32,000 nucleotides of DNA, from the NCBI RefSeq assembly GCF_000219175.1, contig NC_015735.1, positions 360,001 to 392,000 of the forward strand, read 5' to 3'. Positions 1 through 12,204 of this stretch are shown piece after piece. The notes beneath the pieces were generated by a model. The model did no database searches. It saw only the letters and a program-made list of their open reading frames with translations, and had not been told where the DNA came from. How positions within the stretch are numbered: position 1 is the stretch's first letter; each line of letters begins with the position of its first letter. The translations under genes were made by a program, and so were the position numbers. This DNA comes from Candidatus Moranella endobia PCIT (lineage in GTDB: Bacteria > Pseudomonadota > Gammaproteobacteria > Enterobacterales > Enterobacteriaceae).

Positions 1-1555
1 GATGCTCTTACTAATTGGAGTATGGATATTCTTTATGCGCCAAATACAGGGTAGTGGTGGCAAAGGCGCTATGTCGTTCGGCAAGAGTAAGGCGCGGATG
101 TTGACAGAAGACCAGATAAAAACGACCTTCGCTGATGTCGCAGGTTGCGATGAAGCGAAGGAAGAGGTACATGAGCTAGTTGATTACTTACGCGAACCAA
201 GCCGTTTCCAAAAGCTAGGCGGCAAGATTCCTAAAGGCGTGCTAATGGTTGGACCGCCAGGAACCGGTAAAACTCTGCTGGCAAAGGCTATCGCGGGGGA
301 AGCCAAGGTACCGTTTTTTACTATTTCCGGTTCTGACTTCGTGGAGATGTTTGTTGGTGTTGGCGCTTCCCGCGTTCGGGATATGTTCGAACAGGCGAAA
401 AAAGCTGCGCCTTGTATCATTTTTATCGATGAAATCGACGCCGTCGGGCGTCAACGTGGTGCTGGCCTAGGCGGCGGTCACGATGAGCGTGAACAGACTC
501 TAAACCAGATGCTTGTGGAAATGGATGGGTTTGACGGCAATGAAGGTGTTATTGTCATTGCAGCTACCAACCGCCCAGACGTTCTGGATCCGGCGCTGCT
601 ACGTCCAGGACGTTTTGACCGACAAGTGGTGGTTGGTCTACCTGATGTCCGTGGTAGAGAACAAATTCTAAAGGTACACATGCGAAGTGTGCCGTTAGCG
701 CCCGATATTGATGCTTCGGTAATTGCGCGCGGTACGCCTGGCTTTTCTGGTGCTGATTTGGCCAACCTAGTGAACGAAGCGGCGTTATTTGCCGCTCGCG
801 ACAGTAAGCTCATAGTGACGATGGTAGAATTGGAGAAGGCCAAAGATAAAATTATGATGGGCACCGAGCGACGTTCAATGGTTATGACTGAAATGCAAAA
901 AGAAGCTACCGCCTACCACGAGGCTGGCCATGCGATCATAGGCCGTTTAGTGCCAGAGCATGATCCGTTGCATAAAGTTACCATTATCCCGCGTGGTCAA
1001 TCCCTAGGAGTGACATTTTTCCTACCAGAAGGAGATGCTATTAGCGCTAGCCGCCAGAAGTTGGAAAGCCAAATCGCCACTCTATACGGTGGTCGGCTAG
1101 CTGAGGAGATTATATATGGTCCGGCAAAAGTATCTACTGGAGCGTCTAACGATATTAAAGTAGCGACATCGATTGCTCGCAATATGGTTACCCAGTGGGG
1201 CTTCTCGGATAAGTTGGGTCCGATGCTATATGCGGAGGAAGAGGAGGAAATTTTGCTTGGTCGTGCAGTAGTTGGCAAGATGAAGCATATATCTGATGAA
1301 ACAGCGCGCATAATCGATCAAGAAGTTAAGTCACTGATTGAGCGAAACTATGTCCATGCCCATAAATTGCTGATGGATAATATGGATATTCTGCATGCTA
1401 TGAAAGATGCTTTGATGAAATATGAGACCATCGATGCACAACAGATTGACGATCTTATGAGCCGCAAAGCGATTGTGCGCCCGCCTGCTGGTTGGGATAA
1501 TATCGTCTCTGATAAGAGCTGCGATGAAGTTACTACGTGCCCGCCGAAGACATAG
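1..1555 (+). CDS. ftsH: ATP-dependent zinc metalloprotease FtsH, 5' end outside window
   Basis: ORF 2..1555 contains Walker [19 protein letters not shown], the second region of homology and the HEAGH zinc site. C-terminal tail is shorter than in E. coli. Confidence 0.98.
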   Translation, partial: MLLLIGVWIFFMRQIQGSGGKGAMSFGKSKARMLTEDQIKTTFADVAGCDEAKEEVHELVDYLREPSRFQKLGGKIPKGVLMVGPPGTGKTLLAKAIAGEAKVPFFTISGSDFVEMFVGVGASRVRDMFEQAKKAAPCIIFIDEIDAVGRQRGAGLGGGHDEREQTLNQMLVEMDGFDGNEGVIVIAATNRPDVLDPALLRPGRFDRQVVVGLPDVRGREQILKVHMRSVPLAPDIDASVIARGTPGFSGADLANLVNEAALFAARDSKLIVTMVELEKAKDKIMMGTERRSMVMTEMQKEATAYHEAGHAIIGRLVPEHDPLHKVTIIPRGQSLGVTFFLPEGDAISASRQKLESQIATLYGGRLAEEIIYGPAKVSTGASNDIKVATSIARNMVTQWGFSDKLGPMLYAEEEEEILLGRAVVGKMKHISDETARIIDQEVKSLIERNYVHAHKLLMDNMDILHAMKDALMKYETIDAQQIDDLMSRKAIVRPPAGWDNIVSDKSCDEVTTCPPKT

Positions 1556-1779
1556 AGTGCTATTGTTGAATAATACGGTAATCGATCATAGTAATAGTCA
1601 TTAGATACTGGTAGCATCATGCGATACTCTCACCATAGTAGCGCCGCAACAATGCAACTCGATAACGTTCACGGAACCTTGACGCTACGCGCATCTCGCT
1701 GTCAGCTAAGCTGGTATACATACAAGCACAGAGGTTTAGTAACAGTTAGGCGCCCACGGGCGAGTTATTTTATATAAGT

Positions 1780-1850
1780 ATGGTACCGATCCAAAGTTAG
1801 CCTTATCTTAGAAGAAGAGGAGGAATAGATCGTGCATGCAGATTAACCAT
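1780..1850 (+). pseudogene. possible highly degraded glmM relic (start region only)
   Basis: The stretch aagtatggtaccgat resembles the KYFGTDG start of GlmM, and it lies in the syntenic ftsH-folP-glmM-secG gap. Very short match. Confidence 0.15.
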
Positions 1851-2035
1851 ATAGCGTATTATATCGCGGTGTAAGTGGTTTACTGAAGTAGCTACAAAAT
1901 TTACTTGCAATACATGCAATAAAATTGTACTTTAGTTATTATTCATAGTTCATAGTTGTTTCAGTTGAATGTTCCAGGTACGTTGTTTGTGGTTGTAGTT
2001 GCTGACGTTGTTAACCGGAAGAACACTAGAATATT

Positions 2036-2368
2036 ATGTATTTCACTCTGCTGGTCATATACCTATTCGTAGTACTCTGCCTAATTGCGCTGATTATGTT
2101 ACAACAAGGTAAAAATACTGATATGGGATGTTCGTTTAGTGCCAACACCAGTAACGCCTTGTTCGGTTCAAGCAGTAACGGTACTATTATCACTTGTATG
2201 ACTGCAGTGTTAGCGATGCTGTTCTTCGTGCTCAGTCTAGTGCTAGGTAACCTAATCAGCAGGCAAAAGCAAAAAAGTCGCCAGGTAGATAATATAAATC
2301 AAGTGCAACTAGCAGATCAGGTTACAAAATTAGCACCAGCAAAACTGGGTAACAACATTCCACAGTAA
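2036..2368 (+). CDS. secG: Sec translocon subunit SecG
   Basis: 110 aa with two hydrophobic segments and the motifs LIMLQQGK, ALFGSS and SLVLGN. Located upstream of leuU as in E. coli. Confidence 0.93.
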   Translation: MYFTLLVIYLFVVLCLIALIMLQQGKNTDMGCSFSANTSNALFGSSSNGTIITCMTAVLAMLFFVLSLVLGNLISRQKQKSRQVDNINQVQLADQVTKLAPAKLGNNIPQ

Positions 2369-2426
2369 GAGTTAAACTACTTCTTGCCTTGTCAATGTAA
2401 AGCAATCCTAGATTCTAGAAGAAAGT

Positions 2427-2513
2427 GCCGAGGTGGTGAAATTGGTAGACACGCTACCTTGAGGTGGTAGTGCCCGATGGGGCTTACGGGTTCAAGTCCC
2501 GTCCTCGGCACCA
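2427..2513 (+). tRNA. leuU: tRNA-Leu (anticodon GAG)
   Basis: Acceptor GCCGAGG/CCTCGGC + ACCA, anticodon loop TTGAGGT, GGTTCAAGTCC T-arm and long variable arm. Confidence 0.97.
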
Positions 2514-2551
2514 GGCTAGAAGGAGAATTAATGTTTTTTTGGAGATATAAG

Positions 2552-2580
2552 TTGCTTTTTTTTGACGATTAGCTTATTAT
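2552..2580 (+). promoter_or_regulatory. putative sigma70 promoter for metY
   Basis: TTGCTT (2552-2557), 17-nt spacer, TATTAT (2575-2580), 10 nt before the tRNA 5' end. Confidence 0.4.
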
Positions 2581-2590
2581 TTAACTTAGA

Positions 2591-2667
<77 letters not shown>

Positions 2668-2834
2668 AATTTTGGATAGAGCTTGTAAAGCTAGGCAGCC
2701 AAGTATAGTTATCTTTAAATATACATAATAACCATGCTTATTTGACAATCGGTTGAAAACCGCCTCTTGACTAGGTCAAGATCATGAAAACCCTCAAATG
2801 TTGAGACAGTTTCAGTATTTAACTACGGTAAATT

Positions 2835-2856
2835 GGGCTAATTAGGCCCTTTTTTT
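2835..2856 (+). terminator. Rho-independent terminator between metY and the rimP remnant
   Basis: gggct-aatta-ggccc stem followed by TTTTTTT. Confidence 0.6.
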
Positions 2857-2879
2857 ATGTCTTTGGGGTTTGGGTGAAC

Positions 2880-3322
2880 TTGTCTACATTATAACAATAA
2901 ATACTTGACAAAACTGTTCAAAAAACCTGTGGAAGCAATGGGATTTGAGTTGTTAGGTATTGAATTTATTCGTTGCCGTTAATCAACGCTGCGCATTTAT
3001 ATTGATCATGAAGATGGTATTAATATTGATGATTGTTCTGAGGTAAACAAACAGATCAGCACGTTAATTGATGGAGAAGATCCTATTATATCCCTGGCTT
3101 ATAGTCTTGAAACCTAATCACCTGGCCTGGATCGACAACTGTTTACCCGCCACAGTTTAGACAATTTGCTGCTGCGCATTGCGGTGCAAAGCCGCCGTAA
3201 ATGACAGGGAATAATTAAAGCTGTTAACGGTGAAATAATCAACGTAACGGTGGCAGGTCAAGATGAAGTGTTATTTTAAAACAAGATCCAGAAAGCGAAC
3301 CTGGTAACCAAATTTTAACGCT
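2880..3322 (+). pseudogene. rimP: ribosome maturation factor RimP, pseudogene
   Basis: Readable RimP homology ([76 protein letters not shown]) broken by TAA/TGA codons, an N-terminal frameshift and a small deletion. Lies between metY and nusA as in E. coli. Confidence 0.92.
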
Positions 3323-3339
3323 TTACTAAGGCAACTAGG

Positions 3340-4830
3340 ATGAATAAAGAAATTCTGGCTGTTGTTGAGGCAGTGTCTAATGAGAAAGCCGTCCCGCGGG
3401 GAAAAATTTTCGAAGCGCTAGAAATAGCACTAGCCACTGCTACTAAGAAAAAATACGAACAGAACATAGAAGTCCGCGTTAGCATCGATCGCAAGTCTGG
3501 GGAATTTGATACTTTCCGCCGTTGGCTAATAGTGGATAAAGTAATACATCCTACCAGGGAAATTACCTTGGATGCGGCGCAATTTGATAATCCGCAAATA
3601 CAGCTTGGCAGCTACATAGAAGATCAAATTGAATCTGTAGTATTTGATCGCATTACTACCCAAACTGCTAAGCAAGTGATCGTCCAGAAGGTTCGTGAAG
3701 CCGAACGGAAGATGGTTATTGATAAGTTCCGCAGTCATGAAGGTAAGATTATCACTGGCGTAGTAAAAAAAATTAATCGGGACAGCATCAGTCTAGATCT
3801 TGGTAATAATGCTGAAGCAATGATCAGCCGCGAGGACATGCTACCGCGTGAAAATTTCCGCCCTGGTGATCGTATCCGCGGGGTGTTATATGCTATTCGT
3901 CCGGAAGCGCGAGGCGCTCAACTATTGGTCAGTAGGTCGCGTCCAGAGATGTTAGTCGAACTGTTCCGGATTGAAGTACCAGAAATTGGCGAAGAAGTTA
4001 TTGAAATCAAGGCGGCTATTCGAGATCCCGGTTCAAGGGCAAAAATTGCTGTAAAGACCAACGACAAGCGCATTGACCCTGTTGGCGCCTGTGTTGGTAT
4101 GCGAGGCGCGCGAGTCCAGGCGGTATCCAGAGAACTATGCGGCGAACGAATTGATATCGTGCTGTGGGATGACAATCCAGCCCAGTTCGTGATTAATGCC
4201 ATGGCACCTGCCGATGTCGCCTACATAGTAATTGATGAGGATAAGCATATGATGGATATTGCAGTCGAATCCAGTAATCTTGCACAGGCTATTGGCCGCA
4301 ATGGACAAAATGTCCGGCTAGCTTCCCAGCTTAGTGGCTGGGAGCTGAACGTAATGACAGTAGAAGATCTGCAAGCAACACATCAAGCTGAAGCCAAGGC
4401 AGTAATCGATCTGTTTACCCGTCATCTTGAGATCGATGCAGAGCTCGCCACAGTTCTTATGGCGGCAGGTTTCTCTTCTCTTGAAGAGTTGGCCTATGTA
4501 CCAATAAACGAACTACTAACCATTGAAGGGTTTGATGAACAAATGGTAACAGCGCTGCGCGCACGCGCGCAGGATGCTCTGACTATGCTGGCCTTGGCGC
4601 GGCAAGAAAATATGGGTACTCATATACTAAATGAAGAACTGCTGTGTCTTCCTAAAATTGAGCGTGATATGTCATGCCAGCTAGCAGATCGTGGAATTTG
4701 CACGCTAGAAAATCTTGCAGAACAGAGCGTCGACGATATTGCCGATATTGCCGGGATAAGTAGCGAACAAGCTGGTGAGTTAATTATGGCAGCACGCAAT
4801 ATTTGCTGGTTTGGCAACAAAGTTGAATAA
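3340..4830 (+). CDS. nusA: transcription termination/antitermination factor NusA
   Basis: 496 aa full-length match with S1, KH ([25 protein letters not shown]) and C-terminal acidic repeats. Confidence 0.98.
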   Translation: MNKEILAVVEAVSNEKAVPRGKIFEALEIALATATKKKYEQNIEVRVSIDRKSGEFDTFRRWLIVDKVIHPTREITLDAAQFDNPQIQLGSYIEDQIESVVFDRITTQTAKQVIVQKVREAERKMVIDKFRSHEGKIITGVVKKINRDSISLDLGNNAEAMISREDMLPRENFRPGDRIRGVLYAIRPEARGAQLLVSRSRPEMLVELFRIEVPEIGEEVIEIKAAIRDPGSRAKIAVKTNDKRIDPVGACVGMRGARVQAVSRELCGERIDIVLWDDNPAQFVINAMAPADVAYIVIDEDKHMMDIAVESSNLAQAIGRNGQNVRLASQLSGWELNVMTVEDLQATHQAEAKAVIDLFTRHLEIDAELATVLMAAGFSSLEELAYVPINELLTIEGFDEQMVTALRARAQDALTMLALARQENMGTHILNEELLCLPKIERDMSCQLADRGICTLENLAEQSVDDIADIAGISSEQAGELIMAARNICWFGNKVE

Positions 4831-4854
4831 AATGTATCAGGAAATGAAAATAGC

Positions 4855-7560
4855 ATGACAGATGTAACCGTAAAATCGCTCGCATCAGAAATACAAACTA
4901 CGGTAGATCGCCTGGTACAGATATTTGCTGATACAGGCATTAACAAAACCGCAGTGGATTATGTGACCCAACAAGAAAAAGACACTTTACTGGCTTACCT
5001 TAGCGCGCACGGTACCAAGCTCAAGAGATTAACTGTGCAGCGCAAAACGCTTCGCACCTTGAATTTTACTAGCAATAGTGGAAAAAGTAAGTCGGTACAA
5101 ATAGAAGTGCGTAAAAAGCGCACCTATGTGCAATTTAATCCGCAGGCAATAGAACAAGCTGACGCAACAGAAAACACCAAGTATGCGGGAGAAAAACTGA
5201 TTCAGCCGCAGGCAAATTTGGACGCTACTGAACAATCGCGTCGTAATATTGGTAAAAAAGTCAAATACGCAGCGGAAGATCAGGCTAAGCTGCAGGCAAC
5301 TGGGCAAGCAGCACATGTAGCAGCGGCAGAAATGTTGACTAATCATCAGTCCAATATTATTACTGCTCAGTCACCACTAGCTGCTGAACAAGCGCGCCGT
5401 GAAGCCAAAAACGCAGAAATAAGACGCAAAGCGGAAGAAGAGGTGCGGCGCAAAGTAGAAGAAAATGCTCGCAAGGTCGTGGAAGAGGCATGTCGTATGG
5501 CTGAAGAACATGGCGGTACTTGGGATAACGTGCCTAATCCTGTAGAGGAAGATACAAACGATTACCACGTAACTACCTCCCATCATGCCAGAGAAGCGGA
5601 AGATGAAAACGATCGCAAATTGGAAGGCGCTCGCCGCCGCAACCGTGGTGGTAAAGCCGCTAAACAGAAGAAAACCAGCCGCTTGTCCGAAGCAAAAGCA
5701 GATCGCGAAGAAGCCCGTGCCGTGGTACGTGGTGGTAAGAGTAAGCGCAAAACTAACACTCTGATGCAAGGCTTTAACAAGCCAGTGCAGACGGTGAACC
5801 GCGATGTGATGATCGGCGAAACAATCACCGTTGCTGACTTGGCGAACAAGATGGCGGTAAAAGGATCTTATGTTATCACAGCCATGATGAAGATGGGAGC
5901 CATGGCTACTATTAACCAGGTGATAGATCAGGAAACAGCACAATTAGTTGCAGAAGAAATGGGTCATAAAGTTACTGTTCGCCGTGAAAACGAGCTGGAA
6001 GAGGCGGTTATGTCCGACCGCGACACTGGCAGCTTCGCCACCGCTAAATTGCGGGCACCGGTAGTGACCATCATGGGCCACGTCGACCATGGTAAAACCT
6101 CACTCTTGGACTATATACGTTCAACTAAAGTGGCAGCGAGTGAGGCAGGGGGCATGACACAACATATTGGTGCCTATCATGTTGAAACCGATAACGGCAT
6201 GATAACCTTTCTAGATACCCCAGGGCATGCCGCATTTACCGCAATGCGGGCGCGAGGTGCGCAGGCAACTGATATCGTGGTACTGGTAGTAGCTGCCGAT
6301 GACGGCGTTATGCCGCAGACGATCGAAGCTATCCAGCACGCAAAAGCGGCACAAGTGCCGGTAGTAGTAGCGGTGAATAAGATCGATAAACCAGAAGCAA
6401 ATCCAGATCAAGTCAAAAATAAACTTACCCAATATGGTATTATTCCTGAAGAATGGGGTGGTGAAAGCCAATTTGTACTAGTTTCTGCAAAATCAGGCCA
6501 GGGTATTGATGAATTGTTGAACGCTATCTTGCTACAGACGGAATTGCTTGAATTAAAAGCCATTGGCAATGGCATGGCCAGTGGGGTAGTGATCGAATCT
6601 GGCCTGGACAAGGGTCGTGGTCCAGTAGCGACTGTGCTAGTGCGTGAAGGTACTCTAAATCTTGGTGACATTGTCTTGTGTGGTTTTGAGTACGGTCGCG
6701 TTCGTGCCATGCGTGACGAATTTGGTCGTTATGTGGCCTCCGCCGGACCGTCAATACCAGTCGAGCTATTAGGTCTTTCTGGAGTACCTGCAGCCGGTGA
6801 TGAAGCAACAGTAGTACGCGACGAAAAGAAAGCACGTGAAGTAGCACTATATCGCCAAGGCAAGTTTCGTGAAGTAAAATTGGCACGGCAACAGAAGTCA
6901 AAACTGGAAAGCATGTTCACCAACATGACCGAAGGGGTAGTATCCGAGCTTAACATTGTGCTGAAGTCAGACGTACAGGGTTCCACAGAAGCTATCAGTG
7001 AAGCGCTGGAGACTTTATCTACTGACGAGGTAAAGGTAAAGATTATAGGTGCCGGTGTAGGCGGCATTACTGAGGCTGATGCTACGCTAGCTGCGGCTTC
7101 CAACGCCATCATCATAGGCTTTAACGTACGTGCTAATGCATCCGCTCGCCGCATTATCGAAGCGGAAAATCGTGATCTACGCTATTACTCGGTTATCTAC
7201 GATTTGATTTCTGAAATCAAACAGGCGATAAGCGGCATGCTGGCGCCCAAATATAAACAGGAAATTATTGGCTTAGCGGAAGTACGCGATGTATTTCTGG
7301 CCCAGAAATTCGGCGCAATTGCTGGTTGTATGGTAACGGAAGGAGTAGTCAAACGTCATAATAAGATACGTGTGCTACGGGAAAACGTGGTGATCTACGA
7401 AGGAGAACTGGAGTCACTACGTCGCTTCAAAGATGACGTTAACGAAGTACGTAATGGCATGGAATGCGGCATTGGCGTGAAAAATTATAACAACATTTGC
7501 TCAGGTGATGTGATCGAAGTATTTGAAAACATCGCGATCCAACGTGCTGCAATTGATTAA
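4855..7560 (+). CDS. infB: translation initiation factor IF-2
   Basis: 901 aa with GTPase motifs [17 protein letters not shown] and NKID. Located after nusA. Confidence 0.99.
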   Translation: MTDVTVKSLASEIQTTVDRLVQIFADTGINKTAVDYVTQQEKDTLLAYLSAHGTKLKRLTVQRKTLRTLNFTSNSGKSKSVQIEVRKKRTYVQFNPQAIEQADATENTKYAGEKLIQPQANLDATEQSRRNIGKKVKYAAEDQAKLQATGQAAHVAAAEMLTNHQSNIITAQSPLAAEQARREAKNAEIRRKAEEEVRRKVEENARKVVEEACRMAEEHGGTWDNVPNPVEEDTNDYHVTTSHHAREAEDENDRKLEGARRRNRGGKAAKQKKTSRLSEAKADREEARAVVRGGKSKRKTNTLMQGFNKPVQTVNRDVMIGETITVADLANKMAVKGSYVITAMMKMGAMATINQVIDQETAQLVAEEMGHKVTVRRENELEEAVMSDRDTGSFATAKLRAPVVTIMGHVDHGKTSLLDYIRSTKVAASEAGGMTQHIGAYHVETDNGMITFLDTPGHAAFTAMRARGAQATDIVVLVVAADDGVMPQTIEAIQHAKAAQVPVVVAVNKIDKPEANPDQVKNKLTQYGIIPEEWGGESQFVLVSAKSGQGIDELLNAILLQTELLELKAIGNGMASGVVIESGLDKGRGPVATVLVREGTLNLGDIVLCGFEYGRVRAMRDEFGRYVASAGPSIPVELLGLSGVPAAGDEATVVRDEKKAREVALYRQGKFREVKLARQQKSKLESMFTNMTEGVVSELNIVLKSDVQGSTEAISEALETLSTDEVKVKIIGAGVGGITEADATLAAASNAIIIGFNVRANASARRIIEAENRDLRYYSVIYDLISEIKQAISGMLAPKYKQEIIGLAEVRDVFLAQKFGAIAGCMVTEGVVKRHNKIRVLRENVVIYEGELESLRRFKDDVNEVRNGMECGIGVKNYNNICSGDVIEVFENIAIQRAAID

Positions 7561-7649
7561 CTTAACTACTAAACTACTAGCTGACTAGCTAATGGGTGAT
7601 TAGCAAATATCACCTAAGAGGCGCCAGCAACCAGTATGGAACTTTTCCC

Positions 7650-8066
7650 ATGAAAAAAGAATCTAGCCGCCTCCAGCGTGTTTCCCAGGAGATAAAAAAG
7701 GAAATAGCAATTATACTGCAGCGTGAAATAAAAGATCCCCGTGTCGTCATGGCGACCGTGTCCGGGGTTGAAGTTTCGCGCGATCTTGCTTATGTCAAAG
7801 TGTTCGTAACTTTTTTGAATGACAATTCACTCGAACAGGCGCAAACCGGTATCCGAGCGCTACAGGCCGCTACAGGTTTTATTCGTAGCATGTTAGGTAA
7901 AGCTATGTGTTTGCGAGTTGTACCAGAGCTTAAATTTGTCTACGATAAATCACTGGTGGAGGGTATACGTATATCTAATCTGGTCAGTAGAGTAAGTAGG
8001 ATATTAAACAACCACCGCCTTGGCGGCAGCACAAGCCAGAAAGCAGATGAAAAACTAGGACACTGA
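7650..8066 (+). CDS. rbfA: 30S ribosome-binding factor RbfA
   Basis: Homology begins at [31 protein letters not shown]. The track ORF starting at 7596 is probably over-extended. Confidence 0.94.
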   Translation: MKKESSRLQRVSQEIKKEIAIILQREIKDPRVVMATVSGVEVSRDLAYVKVFVTFLNDNSLEQAQTGIRALQAATGFIRSMLGKAMCLRVVPELKFVYDKSLVEGIRISNLVSRVSRILNNHRLGGSTSQKADEKLGH

Positions 8067-8072
8067 TGGGAG

Positions 8073-9017
8073 ATGGGACGTCAAAGTAGTCGTGGCCGTG
8101 ATATCGATGGTATTATCTTGCTAGATAAACCGCTTGGTATTTCTTCTAATGCTCTTTTGCAAAAAGTTAAGCGGTTGTTTCGCGTTAATAGGGCAGGGCA
8201 TACTGGCGCGCTTGATCCTCTAGCAACCGGTATGCTGCCGGTTTGCTTTGGTGAAGCAACAAAGTTTTCCCAGTATTTGCTGAATGCTAATAAACGCTAT
8301 ATGGTTACTGCTCTGCTCGGTAAACGTACCGATACCTCTGATGCTGAAGGCCGTACGGTCAGCTGTCGTCCGGTGTTTATCGACCAATCGCGGCTGGAGG
8401 CGGCTCTTGACCACTTCCGCGGAAAAAGCATACAGTTGCCTTCGATATTTTCGGCGCTGAAGCATCATGGGCGCCCATTGTACGAATATGCTCGCAAGGG
8501 TATAACGGTAGCACGCGAGGCACGGACCATTCACGTTTATGATTTACACTTACACTACTGGGATCATACTAAGGTAGAGTTGGAAATTCATTGTGCCAAA
8601 GGTACCTATATTCGCACCATTATAGATGACTTGGGTGAACTTCTTGGTTGTGGTGCGCACGTTGCTGCGCTACGCCGGCTGGCTGTGGCCAGCTACTCTA
8701 CTGAGCGTATGGTAACGCTGGCAGCGTTACAGAACATCACCGCCGAAGCACCTGAGGCGCCAGAAACTCTGGATCGCCTGGACGCACTGCTGTTACCAAT
8801 GGACAGTGCCATGGCTGATATACCAGTGGTCAATTTGCTGTCTGACATCGCTGCCAGAGTACGGCTAGGACAACCAGTAGCAGTGACCAAGCAACTAAAG
8901 GTAGGTATGGTGCGGCTGACCGAGGGGGATGCTGGGCGCTTTTTTGGCATTGGCGAAATCTCTACACCGGGTAGGCTGAAGCCGATTAGGTTAATAGCAA
9001 CAAGCAGAACCAAGTAA
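8073..9017 (+). CDS. truB: tRNA pseudouridine(55) synthase TruB
   Basis: [18 protein letters not shown] catalytic motif; full-length match. Confidence 0.97.
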   Translation: MGRQSSRGRDIDGIILLDKPLGISSNALLQKVKRLFRVNRAGHTGALDPLATGMLPVCFGEATKFSQYLLNANKRYMVTALLGKRTDTSDAEGRTVSCRPVFIDQSRLEAALDHFRGKSIQLPSIFSALKHHGRPLYEYARKGITVAREARTIHVYDLHLHYWDHTKVELEIHCAKGTYIRTIIDDLGELLGCGAHVAALRRLAVASYSTERMVTLAALQNITAEAPEAPETLDRLDALLLPMDSAMADIPVVNLLSDIAARVRLGQPVAVTKQLKVGMVRLTEGDAGRFFGIGEISTPGRLKPIRLIATSRTK

Positions 9018-9157
9018 GTGATCGATGCTAATGCAATCATATTGCGCTCATTGCTTGTTGATAGTAGAATAGCCAACTTTGGGAAGTGGGGCGTGATATC
9101 GGCGTTAGTGAATCTATTATTCCACTATTCCAAAGTTCTTTTGGTTGGAGTGTTATC

Positions 9158-9427
9158 ATGTCTCTAAGTGTTGAAGAAAAAAAGAACATTATTGCTAATT
9201 TTGGTCGTGATACCAAAGATAGTGGTTACCCTGAAGTACAAATTGCTTTATTAACCGCTCAGATTAGCCAGCTGCAAGTTCATTTTGATAAACATCAAAA
9301 AGATCACCATAGCCGCCACGGTCTGCTACGTATAGTTTCACAGCGTCGTAAGCTGCTTGACTACTTAAAGGGTAAAGATATGGGACGTTACACTATCTTA
9401 ATCGACAACCTAGGTCTGCGGCGCTAA
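9158..9427 (+). CDS. rpsO: 30S ribosomal protein S15
   Basis: [18 protein letters not shown]...[21 protein letters not shown]. Start chosen by homology, inside the longer ORF starting at 9086. Confidence 0.97.
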   Translation: MSLSVEEKKNIIANFGRDTKDSGYPEVQIALLTAQISQLQVHFDKHQKDHHSRHGLLRIVSQRRKLLDYLKGKDMGRYTILIDNLGLRR

Positions 9428-9444
9428 GCTAAACAGTTTCAAGA

Positions 9445-9476
9445 GAAAGGGGCCTGATATTGGGCCCCTTTCTTCT
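9445..9476 (+). terminator. Rho-independent terminator downstream of rpsO
   Basis: Perfect 10-bp stem gaaaggggcc/ggcccctttc followed by a T-rich tract. Confidence 0.75.
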
Positions 9477-9645
9477 AGGCAGTGCTTAAGTGCTTATACG
9501 TAGCAGACCGTGGCGCTGAAAATTCAGATTAAGTAATTTTTCCACCACTCTTCCATGGCTGAGGTTAGAAGCTGAAGCTAATGAGAAGATTATTAGTCAA
9601 TCATGGTCGATAACAGGACCATTCCCTTTGAAAAAGGAAATTATT

Positions 9646-11739
9646 TTGTTAACTCCACTTGTACATAAGTTTCAATATGGTCAGCATACCGTAACCCTGG
9701 AAACAGGTATAATGGCTCGTCAGGCAACTGCTGCAGTAATGGTTAGCATGGACGACACAGCAGTCTTAGTAACGGTTGTTGGTGCCAAAGATGCAAAAAT
9801 AGGACAAAGTTACTTCCCGTTGACCGTTAACTATCAGGAGCGAACTTACGCCGCAGGACGCTTTCCAGGCGGTTTTTTCCGACGTGAAGGCCGCCCGAGC
9901 GAAGGCGAAACCCTAATTGCGCGCCTAATAGACCGTCCAATACGTCCGCTATTCCCGGCAGGTTTTCTTAACGAAGTACAAGTTATAGCCACGGTGGTAT
10001 CAGGCAATCCACAAGTTAGCCCAGATATAGTGGCAATGATTGGGGTTTCCGCCGTGCTTAGTTTATCTGGTATTCCTTTTAGTGGACCTATTGGCGCCGC
10101 GCGAGTTGGTTACATTAACGACCAGTATGTGCTTAACCCTACCCAGGCTGAACTGGCAACAAGTCGACTAGATTTGGTGGTTGCTGGGACAGAGAATGCG
10201 GTACTGATGGTAGAATCCGAAGCGCAGCTGTTAAGTGAAGAGCAAATGCTAGGCGCAATAGTATACGGACATAATCAGCAGCAGGTAGTGATTGAGAATA
10301 TACATCAACTAGTAACCTTAGCAGGTAAACCAAAGTGGCCATATAATATGCCCGACGTTGATGTCGCTCTGCAGGAGCGAGTAACAGAGCTGGCAGAAGC
10401 CCGTTTAAGCGATGCTTATTACATTACTCAGAAGCAAGAACGTTATGCCATGTTGGATGCTATTAAGGCCGATGTCGTAGAAGAGCTGACAAGCAAGGAC
10501 GACAATATAAATCAAAATACCATTAGAGACATCCTGGGTACGTTGGAGAAAAATGTGGTGCGTAGTCGCATACTACGCGGTGAACCGCGTATTGATGGCC
10601 GTGAGAAAGATATGATTCGCGGTCTGGACGTGCGCACAGGAGTATTGCCACGTACCCATGGGTCGGCGCTGTTCACCCGCGGGGAAACCCAGGCGTTAGT
10701 CACTGCAACTCTAGGTACTGAGCGCAACGCGCAGAATATCGATGAATTGACTGGTGAACGTATAGAAAGGTTCCTGTTACACTACAATTTTCCACCTTAC
10801 TGCGTCGGTGAAATTGGCGTGGTAGGTGCACCAAAGCGCCGTGAAATAGGCCACGGCCGGCTGGCTAAACGTGGTGTTATGGCTGTGATGCCAAACGCTA
10901 GCGAGTTCCCTTACACCGTACGCGTAGTATCGGAAATAACGGAATCTAACGGCTCATCATCCATGGCTTCTGTGTGCGGCGCTTCACTAGCACTGATGGA
11001 TGCTGGGGTTCCAATTAAGGCAGCAGTGGCCGGTATTGCCATGGGACTGATAAAAGAAAAAGATAATTTCATGGTGTTATCAGATATTCTGAGTGATGAA
11101 GATCATCTAGGCGATATGGATTTCAAAGTTGCTGGCAGCCGTGAAGGAATTACTGCACTACAGATGGATATTAAAATTGAAGGCATAAACAGCGAAATCA
11201 TGCAGGTGGCGCTGAATCAAGCTAAGAGCGCGCGCATGCATATTCTTGACGTCATGGAGCTGGCAATCAGCTCGCCACGTGGTGATATTTCTGAATTTGC
11301 GCCTCGCATTCATACTATTAAAATCAGTTCCGATAAAATCAAGGATGTAATTGGTAAAGGCGGTTCTGTTATCCGCGCGCTAACCGAAGAAACTGGCACT
11401 ACGATAGAAATTGAAGATGACGGTACCGTGAAAGTCTCATCCAACGACAGTAATAAAGCCCGCGCAGCAATTTGCCGCATTGAAGAGATTACCTCGGAAA
11501 TTGAAGTTAACCGTGTTTATAACGGTAAAGTCACCCGTATCGTTGACTTCGGTGCATTTGTTGCCCTCGTTGGTGGTAAAGAAGGGTTGGTGCATATCTC
11601 CCAGATTGCTAATAAACGTATAGATAAAGTAAATGATTATCTGGAACTTGGCCAGGAAGTGCATGTTAAGGTGCTGGAAGTGGACCGTCAAGGTCGCGTG
11701 CGCCTCAGCATCAAGGAAGCTAGTATCACCACCAACTAG
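9646..11739 (+). CDS. pnp: polyribonucleotide nucleotidyltransferase (PNPase)
   Basis: [21 protein letters not shown] onward matches. Probable TTG start as in E. coli, preceded by GGA. Includes KH ([12 protein letters not shown]) and S1 domains. Confidence 0.97.
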   Translation: MLTPLVHKFQYGQHTVTLETGIMARQATAAVMVSMDDTAVLVTVVGAKDAKIGQSYFPLTVNYQERTYAAGRFPGGFFRREGRPSEGETLIARLIDRPIRPLFPAGFLNEVQVIATVVSGNPQVSPDIVAMIGVSAVLSLSGIPFSGPIGAARVGYINDQYVLNPTQAELATSRLDLVVAGTENAVLMVESEAQLLSEEQMLGAIVYGHNQQQVVIENIHQLVTLAGKPKWPYNMPDVDVALQERVTELAEARLSDAYYITQKQERYAMLDAIKADVVEELTSKDDNINQNTIRDILGTLEKNVVRSRILRGEPRIDGREKDMIRGLDVRTGVLPRTHGSALFTRGETQALVTATLGTERNAQNIDELTGERIERFLLHYNFPPYCVGEIGVVGAPKRREIGHGRLAKRGVMAVMPNASEFPYTVRVVSEITESNGSSSMASVCGASLALMDAGVPIKAAVAGIAMGLIKEKDNFMVLSDILSDEDHLGDMDFKVAGSREGITALQMDIKIEGINSEIMQVALNQAKSARMHILDVMELAISSPRGDISEFAPRIHTIKISSDKIKDVIGKGGSVIRALTEETGTTIEIEDDGTVKVSSNDSNKARAAICRIEEITSEIEVNRVYNGKVTRIVDFGAFVALVGGKEGLVHISQIANKRIDKVNDYLELGQEVHVKVLEVDRQGRVRLSIKEASITTN

Positions 11740-12204
11740 ATGCAGTTAGCATCCTGATTGCGAAGCAGTTTGTTAACATGATGGAGGACAGGAAGTACGT
11801 CTAGCAAATTTATTCGGTAGGGGGAAGACTGCCTTGCTGGTGGTTAGTTACGTTACAATGACTGGTCTGGTAGAGAAACTCTAACCGTACCTTAGCTACC
11901 GTAATCTGTTCCGCTGGCTATGGTTTTTGCTCGAATAGAAACAACTACGATCATCGCTTCTGCCCTGTTCACCATCATGGTTTATAATTTTTATAACAAC
12001 GTGCATTACCTTATTAAGTACTGTTATACAGTAGCTGAGACGCCAGACCTTGACAGTAATCGGTAACAATTGTTATTGGCGCTTTTAGGCTAAGTGCAAG
12101 ACTTACTATTTTTCAGCTATGAGTATTTTATGTTTTAAATCTAATGTGAGCCAGTTTATGCTGTTAATGTTTATAGGCTGGTCGCCAGAATGAGGCGTGT
12201 TTCA

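Noticed and set aside
3200-3240. Possible UGA=Trp recoding suggested by TGA at the conserved Trp of RimP
   Set aside because: Other rimP positions carry TAA stops and frameshifts, and TGA ends trmB normally with standard-code reading elsewhere. Simple pseudogene decay explains it.
5377-5943. 188-aa minus-strand ORF (and overlapping 5583..5849) inside infB
   Set aside because: Lies antisense to the well-conserved IF-2 reading frame, has no recognisable domain and composition typical of a shadow ORF.
7595-7614. Hairpin GGTGAT-TAGCAAAT-ATCACC between infB and rbfA as a terminator
   Set aside because: No following T-tract and it lies within a cotranscribed operon. At most a weak processing stem.
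12064-12075. TAACAATTGTTA palindrome upstream of deaD
   Set aside because: A 12-bp AT-rich palindrome is easily expected by chance in this sequence. No additional context supports a regulatory role.
11740-12204. nlpI relic between pnp and deaD
   Set aside because: nlpI lies here in E. coli, but I could not recognise any NlpI peptide block in either strand, so no pseudogene call is made.
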